Positions 1 through 9,741 of a stretch of 32,000 nucleotides of DNA are shown one piece after another (position 1 is the first letter of the stretch; each line of letters begins with the position of its first letter). Position numbers and translations under genes: made by a program. Origin of the DNA: an uncultured Erysipelotrichaceae bacterium (lineage in GTDB: Bacteria > Bacillota_I > Bacilli_A > Erysipelotrichales > Erysipelotrichaceae). The stretch lies in assembly GCA_964401865.1 (NCBI GenBank), contig CAYNZZ010000002.1:60001-92000 (forward strand), written 5' to 3'. Under the pieces are notes generated by a model, which saw only the letters and a list, made by a program, of their open reading frames with translations, was not told where the DNA came from and made no database searches.

Positions 1-107
1 TCGCTATTAGCATTCATTTCAACGGCGTAGAAGATGACAAATACTACTGCTAATATTGCTAATGTAAAGACAAACCAATACTTTTTGATTAAATCTTTTG
101 TTTTCAT
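1..107 (-). CDS. N-terminal fragment of a membrane protein (gene continues off the left edge)
   Basis: Reverse strand ATG at 107-105 preceded by AGGAGG (revcomp of cctcct at 113-118). It encodes MKTKDLIKKYWFVFTLAILAVVFVIFYAVEMNANS, a basic N-terminus followed by a hydrophobic helix. Not in the ORF track because it is truncated by the window edge. Confidence 0.5.
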   Translation of the reverse strand, partial: MKTKDLIKKYWFVFTLAILAVVFVIFYAVEMNANS

Positions 108-227
108 AAATTCCTCCTAAACACCACGTTATTATATAATACTAATTTTTTTTATACAATTTATACCGGTAAAATTCAGCTAAAATTCAGTTTATAGATT
201 GTATTTAAAGCTTAGTTTGCGGTATTA

Positions 228-236
228 TGTTATAAT
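228..236 (+). promoter_or_regulatory. extended -10 element (TGtTATAAT) upstream of the suf operon
   Basis: TG at 228-229, TATAAT at 231-236, about 20 nt upstream of the AGGAGG/ATG of sufC. No good -35 seen. Confidence 0.35.
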
Positions 237-255
237 TTTCTAGCAGGAGGTAATT

Positions 256-1083
256 ATGGCACACTGTTTACAAATAAAAGACTTACATGTTCAAGTTGAA
301 GATAAAGAAATATTAAAAGGTTTAAATTTAACAATCAATAGTGGTGAAATACACGCTATTATGGGGCCTAATGGCAACGGTAAATCAACATTACTACAAA
401 CTATAATGGGCAATCCAAGTTATACTGTCAGTCAAGGCGAAATTCTTTATGATGGTAAAGATGTTTTAAAAATGACTGTTGACGAAAGAAGCAGAGCTGG
501 GATCTTTTTGGCTATGCAATATCCTAAAGATATTCCTGGTGTTACTAATTCAGACTTTTTAAAGGCAGCAATGAATTCCAGAAGAGAAGAACCGATATCG
601 CTTTTTACTTTTATTAAAGAGATTGAAGCTAATATCAAAAAATTACATATGAAAGATGATTTGGCTCATCGTTTTGTAAATGATGGTTTTTCTGGCGGTG
701 AAAAAAAACGTAATGAAATACTTCAAATGTTGATGCTTAAACCGAGTTTGGCAATGTTAGACGAAATAGATAGCGGTTTAGATGTCGATGCAATCAAGAT
801 AGTTTCATCAGCCATTGAAGATTATTGTTTAAATAATGATTCAATGTTGCTTGTCGTATCACATTATGAAAGATTTTTTACAATGATTCACCCAACGCAC
901 TCTCATGTCATTGTTGATGGCAAAATCGTGGTTGAAGGTGATTATGAACTAGTTGAAAAAATAGATAATGATGGTTATGACTGGTTATACAAAGAATTAA
1001 ATATTTCATTTGTTAAAGAGATGAAACCGATGGTATATAGCTTAGGCACCTGTGCTAATAACAAGAGGCTAAAAAATGAGTAA
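256..1083 (+). CDS. sufC: Fe-S cluster assembly ATPase SufC
   Basis: Walker A GPNGNGKST, ABC signature FSGGEKKRNE, Walker B LAMLDEIDSGLD. AGGAGG lies upstream. First gene in the canonical sufCDSUB order. Confidence 0.95.
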   Translation: MAHCLQIKDLHVQVEDKEILKGLNLTINSGEIHAIMGPNGNGKSTLLQTIMGNPSYTVSQGEILYDGKDVLKMTVDERSRAGIFLAMQYPKDIPGVTNSDFLKAAMNSRREEPISLFTFIKEIEANIKKLHMKDDLAHRFVNDGFSGGEKKRNEILQMLMLKPSLAMLDEIDSGLDVDAIKIVSSAIEDYCLNNDSMLLVVSHYERFFTMIHPTHSHVIVDGKIVVEGDYELVEKIDNDGYDWLYKELNISFVKEMKPMVYSLGTCANNKRLKNE

Positions 1084-1822
1084 GGTCATAAATATCGTAA
1101 ATGAAAAACCGCTTTTAATCAGTGAAAAAGAAGATGCTAATATTATGATTATTATCGATTCAAATAAAGCGAATATAAGTTATGAATTTAAGGGTGGTAA
1201 CTATAATATTTTTATCTATCGTAAATCTAAGAACTTAGATTTAAGGGAAAGTGCTATTCTTTCAAATGAGACTAATTTGAATATTAGTTATTTAGATCTT
1301 GAAGATAATGATTTAATTCAAAACTCAGCTTTTACATTAAATGCTCGTTCTGTTTTAAATTTAAATTCGATATATTTAGGCAGCAAAAACAAAGATATTA
1401 ATTTTGATATCACCAATAAAGGTGCTCATAGCGAGGCTTATGTCAGTAATTCGATAGTTGCTCTTAAGGACTCAGATTTGAAATTAAATGTTATCGGCAA
1501 TATTGTAAGTGGGGCTAAATCTTCTATCCACCATCAAAAAAGTCGCTGTTTAACTATCGATTCATTAACTAAGGCTTTGATAAGACCAGTATTAAATATT
1601 GATGAGAATGATGTTGTGGCATCACATTCTCTATCATCAGGCACTATTGATGATGAAGTTTTATATTACATGAATGCTCGCGGCTTAGATAAGAATAGTG
1701 CTTTGTTGCTGATGATTGAAAGTTATCTTTCATTTGAACCATCACTTTATAAATTATTCGACGGTGGTGAGAACATTGAAGAAGAGAATAGAAAGAAAGT
1801 GAAAAGCTTATGTTTGATGTAA
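1076..1822 (+). CDS. sufD: Fe-S cluster assembly protein SufD (unusually short, 248 aa)
   Basis: Sits between sufC and sufS. SufB/SufD-type C-terminal region (HHQKSRCL...ASHSLSSGTIDDEVLYYMNARGL). AGAGG SD; 8-nt overlap with sufC. Confidence 0.8.
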   Translation: MSKVINIVNEKPLLISEKEDANIMIIIDSNKANISYEFKGGNYNIFIYRKSKNLDLRESAILSNETNLNISYLDLEDNDLIQNSAFTLNARSVLNLNSIYLGSKNKDINFDITNKGAHSEAYVSNSIVALKDSDLKLNVIGNIVSGAKSSIHHQKSRCLTIDSLTKALIRPVLNIDENDVVASHSLSSGTIDDEVLYYMNARGLDKNSALLLMIESYLSFEPSLYKLFDGGENIEEENRKKVKSLCLM

Positions 1823-3033
1823 ATAAAATCCGTAACGATTTTCCAATGTTTAAAAATAATCCTAATTTAATATATTTTGATTCAGCAGCCACTTCATATA
1901 AACCACAATGTGTAATTGATGAAGTGATGAATTATTATACTAATAAGACAGTTAATATTCATCGTGGCGACTACGATCTATCTTTTGAAGTTTCTAATGA
2001 ATATGAACAAGCAAGAGAAGTGGTCAAAAAATTTATTAATTCTAAAAGTAAAGATGAAATTATTTTTACTAACGGTGCTTCATCAGCTTTAAATTTAGTT
2101 GCTTATGGCTATGGACAAAAGTTTCTAAAAAAGGGTGATGTTATTTTATCATCTGAGGCTGAACATGCGTCTAATATTTTACCTTGGTTTAAGGTGGCAG
2201 AGGTTACAGGAGCCAAGGTTGAATATATTCCATTGAATAAGGATGGTTCCTTTGAAATAGAATTATTTAAAAAGGCTATGCATGAAGGAGTCAAAGTTGT
2301 AACTTTAGCCCATGTTTCTAATGTTTTGGGATATATTTTGCCAATGAAAGAAATAGCTGAAATCGCGCATAGTTATGGTGCTGTTGTCGTATGCGATGGT
2401 GCGCAATCGGTTCCTCATATTAAAACTGATGTTCAAGATTTGGATGTCGATTTCTTAGCCTTTAGCGGACATAAAATGTGTGGACCTAGTGGCGTTGGTG
2501 TTCTTTATGGTAAATATAATCTTTTAGAAAAAATGGATGCTTTTATGCTTGGCGGTGGTTCAAATGCTAGATTTGATATATGTGGTAATATCTTATTGAA
2601 GAAACCCCCTTATAAATTTGAAGCTGGAACACCTTGCATTGAAGGGGTTTTGGGCATGAAAAAAGCTATGGAATACTTGATGAATATCGGCATGGAAAAT
2701 GTCGAAAAAAATGATTTAGAATTGGTTTCTTATCTAGTTCAAGAACTATCTAAATTAGATAATGTTCAAATATATAATCCGCATAGTGATTGTGCCATTG
2801 TTACATTTAACTTTAATGGTATATTTGCTCAAGATGCTGCTACATATTTGAACAGTCAAAATATTGCCGTGAGATCTGGAAATCATTGTGCCAAGATATT
2901 GTTAAATGTCATTGGTGCATCAGAAACAATCAGGGCATCACTTTACTTATATAATACAAAAGAAGAAATCGATAAGTTTGTTTCGATATGTAAAGAAGTA
3001 ACTTTAGAGAAGTGCGTAGGAGTGTTCTTATGA
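1810..3033 (+). CDS. sufS: cysteine desulfurase SufS (class V aminotransferase)
   Basis: PLP-lysine motif FSGHKMCGPSG and catalytic Cys in RSGNHCA. 407 aa, in suf operon context. Confidence 0.93.
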   Translation: MFDVNKIRNDFPMFKNNPNLIYFDSAATSYKPQCVIDEVMNYYTNKTVNIHRGDYDLSFEVSNEYEQAREVVKKFINSKSKDEIIFTNGASSALNLVAYGYGQKFLKKGDVILSSEAEHASNILPWFKVAEVTGAKVEYIPLNKDGSFEIELFKKAMHEGVKVVTLAHVSNVLGYILPMKEIAEIAHSYGAVVVCDGAQSVPHIKTDVQDLDVDFLAFSGHKMCGPSGVGVLYGKYNLLEKMDAFMLGGGSNARFDICGNILLKKPPYKFEAGTPCIEGVLGMKKAMEYLMNIGMENVEKNDLELVSYLVQELSKLDNVQIYNPHSDCAIVTFNFNGIFAQDAATYLNSQNIAVRSGNHCAKILLNVIGASETIRASLYLYNTKEEIDKFVSICKEVTLEKCVGVFL

Positions 3034-3467
3034 TGGATGAAAATTTTAAAAGAACTATTTTGTTAGATCATTATAATCATCCGAGAAATAAAGGATTATT
3101 AGATGATGAAAGATATAAGACTATTCATATGGCATCAGATTCTTGTATTGATGATATAAAAGTACAGGCATTGGTCGAAGATGGTGTTGTTAAGGATATT
3201 CGTTTCGATGGGATAGGTTGTACTATTTCTTTTGCTTCAACATCTATTTTTTCAGTTTTACTAAAAGGTAAAAAAGCCAACGAAGCTTTAAGTATCATCA
3301 ATGAATACTATGCAATGTTAGATGAAAAGCCGTATGACAGTGACATACTTGAAGAAGCTAATGCTTTTGATACTTTATATCGTCAAGCTAATCGTATTAA
3401 ATGTGGGACAATAGGCGTTAAGGCAATCGAAGAATTGATTAAAGCGGGTATGAGTAATGAAAAATAA
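3030..3467 (+). CDS. sufU: SufU/IscU-like Fe-S scaffold / sulfur acceptor
   Basis: Three conserved Cys contexts ([18 protein letters not shown]). AGGAG at 3017-3021, then ATG at 3030 in an ATGA overlap with the sufS stop. The ORF-track start at 3012 is probably too early. Confidence 0.88.
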   Translation: MMDENFKRTILLDHYNHPRNKGLLDDERYKTIHMASDSCIDDIKVQALVEDGVVKDIRFDGIGCTISFASTSIFSVLLKGKKANEALSIINEYYAMLDEKPYDSDILEEANAFDTLYRQANRIKCGTIGVKAIEELIKAGMSNEK

Positions 3468-4860
3468 AGATATAATTGATAGCCAAGAGAATTATAAGTA
3501 TGGTTTTAAGGATGAAGACGTATCAATCTATAGAACTAAAAAGGGTTTAAGTGAAGAAGTAATTAGAGAAATATCCAAACATAAAAATGAGCCTGAATGG
3601 ATGTTGGAGTATCGATTGAAGGCTTATCATAAATTTTTGGAATTAGATAATCCAAAATTTGGACCTGATTTAAGTGATATTAATTTTGATGATTTTACAT
3701 ATTATATCAAACCATCAGAAAGAGTTGAAAAAGATTGGGATGATGTTCCTGATACTATCAAGACAACATTTAAAAAATTGAATATTCCAGAAGCTGAAGC
3801 TAAATATTTGGCTGGCGTTTCTACGCAATACGAATCAGAAGTTGTTTACCACAACATGCTTAAGGAAGTTGAAGAAGCAGGAGTTCTATTTTATGATACA
3901 GACACTGCTTTAAAGGTATGTCCAGATATTTTTAAGGAGTATTTTGGCAAGGTTGTATCATATGCTGATAATAAATATGCAGCTTTAAATGCTGCAGTAT
4001 GGTCAGGTGGCTCATTTATTTATGTCCCTAAAAATACCAAATTGGATAAACCGCTTCAGTCATATTTTAGGATTAATTCTGAATTGATGGGCCAATTTGA
4101 AAGAACACTAATAATTGTTGATGAAGGAAGCGATCTTCATTATGTCGAGGGATGCACAGCTCCTAAATATTCTAATGATTCTCTACATGCTGCTGTTGTA
4201 GAAATATATGTTAAAGAAGGAGCAAAATGTCGTTATTCAACTGTTCAAAATTGGTCGAACAATATTCTTAATCTTGTGACAAAAAGAGCCTATGTAGAAA
4301 AACATGGCATTATGGAATGGATTGATGGAAATGTCGGCTCTCATTTAAATATGAAGTATCCAGCATGTATTTTGGCTGGCGAATATGCAAAAGGGGTATG
4401 TATCTCGGTTGCAGTTGCCACTAAGAATCAATATCAAGATGCAGGCGCTAAAATGATTCACTTAGCTCCGCATACATCTAGCACCATTATCTCTAAGTCA
4501 TTATCTAGATTAGGTGGCAAAGTTAATTATCGCGGTTTGGTATCGATGAGCAAAAATGCTGATTATTCTAAGGCTAAAGTTGAGTGTGATACCTTGATTT
4601 TAGATGAGATATCATCAAGCGATACTATACCTACTAATATTATGACCAACGATACTTCAACTATTGAACACGAAGCAACGGTTTCCAAGATATCCGAAGA
4701 GCAGTTGTTTTATTTGATGTCTAGAGGTTTAACTAAGGATGAAGCTTCTCAGATGATTATCTTAGGATTTATTGAACCTTTCACTAAAGAGCTACCTATG
4801 GAATATGCCGTTGAATTGAATCAGCTCTTAAAAATAAATATGGAAGGTTCTATAGGTTAA
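3457..4860 (+). CDS. sufB: Fe-S cluster assembly protein SufB
   Basis: 467 aa with typical SufB sequence ([17 protein letters not shown]-terminal [12 protein letters not shown]). Last gene of the suf operon. Confidence 0.95.
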   Translation: MKNKDIIDSQENYKYGFKDEDVSIYRTKKGLSEEVIREISKHKNEPEWMLEYRLKAYHKFLELDNPKFGPDLSDINFDDFTYYIKPSERVEKDWDDVPDTIKTTFKKLNIPEAEAKYLAGVSTQYESEVVYHNMLKEVEEAGVLFYDTDTALKVCPDIFKEYFGKVVSYADNKYAALNAAVWSGGSFIYVPKNTKLDKPLQSYFRINSELMGQFERTLIIVDEGSDLHYVEGCTAPKYSNDSLHAAVVEIYVKEGAKCRYSTVQNWSNNILNLVTKRAYVEKHGIMEWIDGNVGSHLNMKYPACILAGEYAKGVCISVAVATKNQYQDAGAKMIHLAPHTSSTIISKSLSRLGGKVNYRGLVSMSKNADYSKAKVECDTLILDEISSSDTIPTNIMTNDTSTIEHEATVSKISEEQLFYLMSRGLTKDEASQMIILGFIEPFTKELPMEYAVELNQLLKINMEGSIG

Positions 4861-4874
4861 ATATTTGCGCATCA

Positions 4875-4905
4875 AAACAAATCCCTGAGGGGTTTGTTTT
4901 TTTTA
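4875..4905 (+). terminator. Rho-independent terminator of the suf operon
   Basis: 11-bp stem aaacaaatccc / ggggtttgttt (one G-U), 3-nt loop tga, followed by a T-run at 4900-4908. Confidence 0.8.
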
Positions 4906-4955
4906 TTTTAGTTATTGACTCGGGTGTTTCATAAAAGAGGAAAGAAGGTAAAGAA

Positions 4956-5382
4956 ATGGAAAAAGTAATTTTTATGAATGGAAGTCCAAATAAAAATGAT
5001 AATACTTTCAAAATTGGTGAAGAGGTATTAAAAAATGTTAAACATGATGTTTTGTAGATGTAGATTATAAAGTATATCAGTATGGTCAAGTTTATGAAGA
5101 TGATCAAATTAAGGAAATTTTTAAAAAGTTAGAAGATGTAAATATTATTGTAATAGGAACACCGGTCTATTGGTATACAGTAGGAGGAATAATAAAAACT
5201 TTCATCGATAGATTATATTTATTCCCAGAAGCTGAAGTCTTAAAGGGTAAAAATTTATATTCTTTTGCACAAGGATCTGCTCTGGATGAGGAGACAGTAA
5301 AAACGATAGAACATTCGATGAAGATAAAGCTACAATAGTAGGATTTCGGCAGGAGGCATTGCAAATGGTAGAGCAGTGTTAG
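4956..5382 (+). pseudogene. frameshifted flavodoxin-like NAD(P)H-dependent FMN reductase gene
   Basis: ATG 4956 gives MEKVIFMNGSPNKNDNTF...HDVL, then TAG at 5055. Homology resumes in another frame at 5060 (VDYKVYQYG...IGTPVYWYTVGGIIKTFIDRLY...) up to TAG 5336-5338, with further frame switches after about 5311. The GSPxK..NT loop and TPVYW..K.FIDR are hallmarks of the family. Confidence 0.65.
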
Positions 5383-5710
5383 AATATGGAAATAATATAA
5401 ATGGTACTTCACTTGATAGTAATTGTATTTCAGATAAGATAGATGACATATCACCAACACCTAATGCAGTTATTATGAGGTATTCTTTTTATGGAAGATT
5501 GTCTGTCGCGGATTTAAATGAAAGTACATTTAAAGATTATGGTTTATCCACAACATATTATGCGTATGACGATCCATTCTATAATCAATTTAATGCTCAA
5601 GCAGATTTATTAAAAGATTTAAAAAAGAATATTGAATCGAAAGTATTAATAAGTATCCACACGGTTTTGGAACTAGAGAAAATTTTATAAATATTAAAAA
5701 TATACAAATT

Positions 5711-5739
5711 GAAAATGATGGCTATTTGTCATCATTTTC
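5711..5739. terminator. 10-bp perfect inverted repeat overlapping the 3' end of the MerR gene (likely bidirectional terminator)
   Basis: gaaaatgatg (5711-5720) and catcattttc (5730-5739) with a 9-nt loop. T-rich sequence follows on the minus strand (aatttgtatattttt). Confidence 0.5.
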
Positions 5740-6129
5740 TATTGGAATTAAATAACTAAAATACTTTGTTTTTCCAGATAATACATCATCATAAAAGTTT
5801 TGTTTCCAGTGAATATAATCAATACTATTTTGTATTTTCTCTATCTTTTGTTCAAGTTCTAGAAGCTTAGCATCTAAAATAGTCATTCTTTCAGGAATTG
5901 TCGATTCTCCCTTTAAACATAAGTTGAGGTATTCTTTCATTTCGTCAATACTCATGTCACAATTCTTTAAACATGAGATATCATTGTCATCAAATATTTG
6001 ATAATTATTTTTGTTTCTTTTGACATTAGGAATTAACTCCTCATTACAGTAAAACTTTAATGCATCATATGTAAGACCTGTTGCTTCGCGTGTTTCTTCC
6101 ATGGAATATGTTTTGTATTTTTCTCTCAT
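5722..6129 (-). CDS. MerR-family transcriptional regulator (AdhR/YraB-like subgroup)
   Basis: N-terminal wHTH (YSMEETREATGLTYDALKFYCNEELIPNVKR), a conserved Cys context SCLKNCDMSIDEMKEYL, and a C-terminal coiled-coil dimerisation helix. GGGGGT SD upstream of the ATG. Confidence 0.85.
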   Translation of the reverse strand: MREKYKTYSMEETREATGLTYDALKFYCNEELIPNVKRNKNNYQIFDDNDISCLKNCDMSIDEMKEYLNLCLKGESTIPERMTILDAKLLELEQKIEKIQNSIDYIHWKQNFYDDVLSGKTKYFSYLIPIENDDK

Positions 6130-6376
6130 TTATTTTACCCCCTTATTTTAAAACATGGGTGTAGGACACGGTCAATAAAATGATTTAATAATAGCTATCT
6201 TTGATATTTGATGAATATATTTTTAAGTGATGAAACACCAATTGATGCAAGTATAAACAAAATATTCTACAACACCAGTGCTGAGATAATGACTTTAGAA
6301 TGAACAAAATATTGATGATGGATTAGTTATTCAACAAAGTTGAACTTTTGATAATTTATTAGATTATAATATAATC

Positions 6377-8533
6377 ATGTATTTATTAGAAGTTTATGTC
6401 ACTAATTCCAATTTAAAAGTTGATCGTCCTTTTGTCTATTATTCACTTAAAAAGGTAAATAAATACGCAAGAGTCAAGGTTGACTTTAATAATAAAAATA
6501 CAACAGCTATTGTGTTTGATATTAAAGAATATAGTAACTCTTTAGAAGAACTGAATAATGATTATGGTTATCAAATTAAAGAAATAAGATCCATTGTTGA
6601 TGATAGTCCTGTTTTGAATGATAAGCAATTAGAGATAGCTAGATGGTTAGCCAAAACAACAATTTCGCCATTTATATCATGTTTGAATGTCATGCTTCCC
6701 AAAATCCTTAAAACATCCACAAATATAAAAGAGAGTAAAAAAGAAATATTTCTTATCAAAAAAAATAGTGATAGAGTTTTGACCAAAAAACAAAACGAAG
6801 TTTTAAATATGTTACCAGAAGAAATAACACTTAAAGATGCAAATAAAATTTCTCCTTCTATCATCAAGAAATTAGAGGAAAGCGGATATCTTTCAAGAGA
6901 AACTAGAGAAAGCGAATATAAGAATATTAAACCGCTGAATATCGTAAAATTTAAGAAATTAACAAGCGACCAACAGGCGGTTTACGATAAAATGATTCAA
7001 AGTGAAAAAATTGTTTCTCTATTATTTGGGGTTACCGGTTCAGGCAAGACTGAGGTGTATCTTCATCTTGCAAGATTTTACCTTTCTTTAGGTAAGGAAG
7101 TACTTATCTTGGTGCCTGAAATATCTTTGACACCTCAGATGATTTCAAGAGTTAAAGAACGTTTTTCAGATGTTATATTTTTTCATTCAGGTCTTAACGA
7201 CACTGAACGATATGAACAGTATAAAAGGGTAATAAGAAGCGAAGCTAAAATTGTTGTCGGCACAAGATCTAGTATCTTTTTGCCATTTAATAATCTTGGA
7301 TTAATTATTATTGATGAGGAACACGATTCATCATATAAGCAGGACTCTATTCCGTTATATGAAACCAGAAATGTCGCTAGAAAAATAGCAATGATGCATA
7401 ATGCAAAGGTTTTGTTGGCTAGCGCAACTCCGTCGCTAGATAGCTATACTAGAGCTTTAAAAGGCGATTATAATTTGTTTAGATTAGACAAGAGAATCAA
7501 TTTATCTTTACCCAAGATTTCTATTGTTGATATGTCTTTGATGCGAAATAAAAAATCTAGTATCATCAGCAATGAATTGATAAAAGATATTGATGAAGTT
7601 TTATCCAAGAAACATCAAGCGATCATTTTACTGAATAGACGAGGTTATTCGCCGATTATCAAATGCGCTGATTGTGGGGAAGTGATGAAATGCCATGACT
7701 GTGATATACCTTTGAGCTATCATAAAGATGAAAATATTTTAAAATGTCATCAATGTGGTAGAACATACAAGATTATCAAAAATTGCCCTAATTGTCATAG
7801 TAATGATTTAGTTTATTATGGCTTTGGAACTAAAAGAATAGAAGAAGAGATTGAAAGGTTATTTCCAAGTGCTAGAGTTAAAAGAATGGATAAAGATAGC
7901 ACAAATAAAAAAGGAGCACATGAGCGGATTCTGAGCGAATTCGACCGACATGAAATTGATATTTTGATTGGTACTCAAATGATTGCTAAAGGACTAGATT
8001 ATCCATTGGTTGAATTAGTTGGTATTATTAATGCCGATGCCGGTCTAATGCATCAAGATTACAATGCTGCTAAACAAACTTTTGACTTACTGATGCAAGC
8101 ATCTGGAAGAAGTGGCCGTAGTGATATTGAAGGAAAGGTTGTAATACAGGCTTTTAATCCAAATCATTATGTTTTAAAAGCTGTTATGAAACAGGACTAT
8201 AATTACTTCTATAACATTGAAATGAACTATCGAAGAAAAGCCGGATATCCACCATATACTCATTTAATAGCTATTTATTTACATGATATATATGTCAATA
8301 GATTGGAAAATAGTAAAAAAATACTTATTGATTTACTTAGTGACTGTACATTTCGTAAATATCCGTTAGTAGATATAAATAAAATAAACAAGTTACATCG
8401 ATCGAGAATTATTATTGTAGATAAGGATTTGATTTTGATGTTGAATTATTTAACTAAAATAGTTAATTTATATATATCTAATAGTAACATATCTAACATA
8501 AAGATCGATATTGATCCTAATTATCTGGAGTGA
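6377..8533 (+). CDS. priA: primosomal replication-restart helicase PriA
   Basis: Walker A GVTGSGKTE, DEEH box IIDEEHD, and a Cys-rich zinc module (CADCGEVMKCHDC...CHQCG...CPNCHS). 718 aa. Confidence 0.93.
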   Translation: MYLLEVYVTNSNLKVDRPFVYYSLKKVNKYARVKVDFNNKNTTAIVFDIKEYSNSLEELNNDYGYQIKEIRSIVDDSPVLNDKQLEIARWLAKTTISPFISCLNVMLPKILKTSTNIKESKKEIFLIKKNSDRVLTKKQNEVLNMLPEEITLKDANKISPSIIKKLEESGYLSRETRESEYKNIKPLNIVKFKKLTSDQQAVYDKMIQSEKIVSLLFGVTGSGKTEVYLHLARFYLSLGKEVLILVPEISLTPQMISRVKERFSDVIFFHSGLNDTERYEQYKRVIRSEAKIVVGTRSSIFLPFNNLGLIIIDEEHDSSYKQDSIPLYETRNVARKIAMMHNAKVLLASATPSLDSYTRALKGDYNLFRLDKRINLSLPKISIVDMSLMRNKKSSIISNELIKDIDEVLSKKHQAIILLNRRGYSPIIKCADCGEVMKCHDCDIPLSYHKDENILKCHQCGRTYKIIKNCPNCHSNDLVYYGFGTKRIEEEIERLFPSARVKRMDKDSTNKKGAHERILSEFDRHEIDILIGTQMIAKGLDYPLVELVGIINADAGLMHQDYNAAKQTFDLLMQASGRSGRSDIEGKVVIQAFNPNHYVLKAVMKQDYNYFYNIEMNYRRKAGYPPYTHLIAIYLHDIYVNRLENSKKILIDLLSDCTFRKYPLVDINKINKLHRSRIIIVDKDLILMLNYLTKIVNLYISNSNISNIKIDIDPNYLE

Positions 8534-8535
8534 AA

Positions 8536-9741
8536 ATGAATCAAAGAACATTAGCTTTTCAAATATTAAATGCAACCATCAATAACGGCGAATATGCTGG
8601 CTTGATGATGAAAAACGAATTAAATAAGCTTCCTTTAATCCAAAGGGCTTTTGTAACAGAACTCGTAAATGGTGTCTTGAGACATTTTTATGAGCTTCGT
8701 GCCCAATTCAAAGATGAGGGTAAGATATCTTCTAAAGTTGAAATCATTTTATCAATGGCTACATATGAACGTTTTTTTCTTAAACAAAAAGACTATGTCG
8801 TATTTAATGAGTATCCAAACTTAGTCAACAAGAAAGGCGAGAAGAGTTTTATTAGTGCTATTTTGCATAAATTGAACAATTATGTCGAATATCTTGGTGA
8901 TGATGATGAGAAGTTATCGATTCATTATTCTCTTCCTTTATGGATGATTAAACTTATAAAAAAACAATATCCTCAAAGGGAATTTAGAACATTTTTAGAT
9001 AATGTAAATAAAATTCCACAAGTTTTTTATCGAATAAACAAGCGCAAGACAAACTATGCTTACCTTAGTGACAAATATGATATTAAAATAATCAATGAAG
9101 ATACTTTTACGTCTAATCAAAATTTGATCAATACTAGTGACTTTAAAGAAGGCTTATTTTATATCCAAGATGTTAACAGTTCTAAGTTGTATCATTATTT
9201 AGGGCTTGAAAAAGACAACACTTTATTAGATGTCTGCAGCGCACCCGGTGGTAAGCTATTCAATGCTTTGGATATCATAAAGCCAACTAATGCGTATGCT
9301 AATGATTTTCATGAACATCGTTTAAATTTGATTAAAATGACAGCGAAGAAGCTTGGTTTTGATGAGATTAATTATTTAAATCATGATGGACGCTATTTAA
9401 AAGATAAGATAAATTTGGAATTTGATCGCATTTTATTAGATGTGCCTTGTTCTGGGCTTGGAATCTTGAGACGTAAACCAGATTTGAGATATCACATTAA
9501 ACCTGAAAATCTTGATGAATTACAATTACTGCAAATGGAACTGGTGGAAAACAACATTCCTTTGTTAAAAAAAGGTGGAATCCTTGTCTATTCAACTTGT
9601 ACAATTAATAAAAAAGAAAATGAAAGGCAGGTAGCGGCTTTGCTTGAAAGGCATAGCGATATGCATCTTTTGGAAGAAAAGACTTTTGTTGGCGAAGATG
9701 ATGGCGATTTATTTTATGTCGCTAAAATCAAAAAAGATTAG
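8536..9741 (+). CDS. rsmB: 16S rRNA (cytosine967-C5)-methyltransferase RsmB
   Basis: NusB-like N-terminal domain plus SAM-MTase motifs DVCSAPGGK, DVPCSGLG and the catalytic Cys in YSTCT. GGAG at 8527-8530, then ATG at 8536 (alternative GTG at 8530 overlaps the priA stop). Confidence 0.9.
   Translation: MNQRTLAFQILNATINNGEYAGLMMKNELNKLPLIQRAFVTELVNGVLRHFYELRAQFKDEGKISSKVEIILSMATYERFFLKQKDYVVFNEYPNLVNKKGEKSFISAILHKLNNYVEYLGDDDEKLSIHYSLPLWMIKLIKKQYPQREFRTFLDNVNKIPQVFYRINKRKTNYAYLSDKYDIKIINEDTFTSNQNLINTSDFKEGLFYIQDVNSSKLYHYLGLEKDNTLLDVCSAPGGKLFNALDIIKPTNAYANDFHEHRLNLIKMTAKKLGFDEINYLNHDGRYLKDKINLEFDRILLDVPCSGLGILRRKPDLRYHIKPENLDELQLLQMELVENNIPLLKKGGILVYSTCTINKKENERQVAALLERHSDMHLLEEKTFVGEDDGDLFYVAKIKKD

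Noticed and set aside
6330-6370. TTCAAC-aaa-GTTGAA dyad and a 19-nt-spacer TTGAAC/TATAAT pair upstream of priA, considered as a MerR-type operator/promoter for the divergent MerR gene
   Set aside because: The dyad overlaps the -35 rather than lying in the spacer as in MerR-controlled promoters. It is 200 nt from the merR start, priA is an implausible regulon member, and 6-bp AT-rich dyads are common by chance here.
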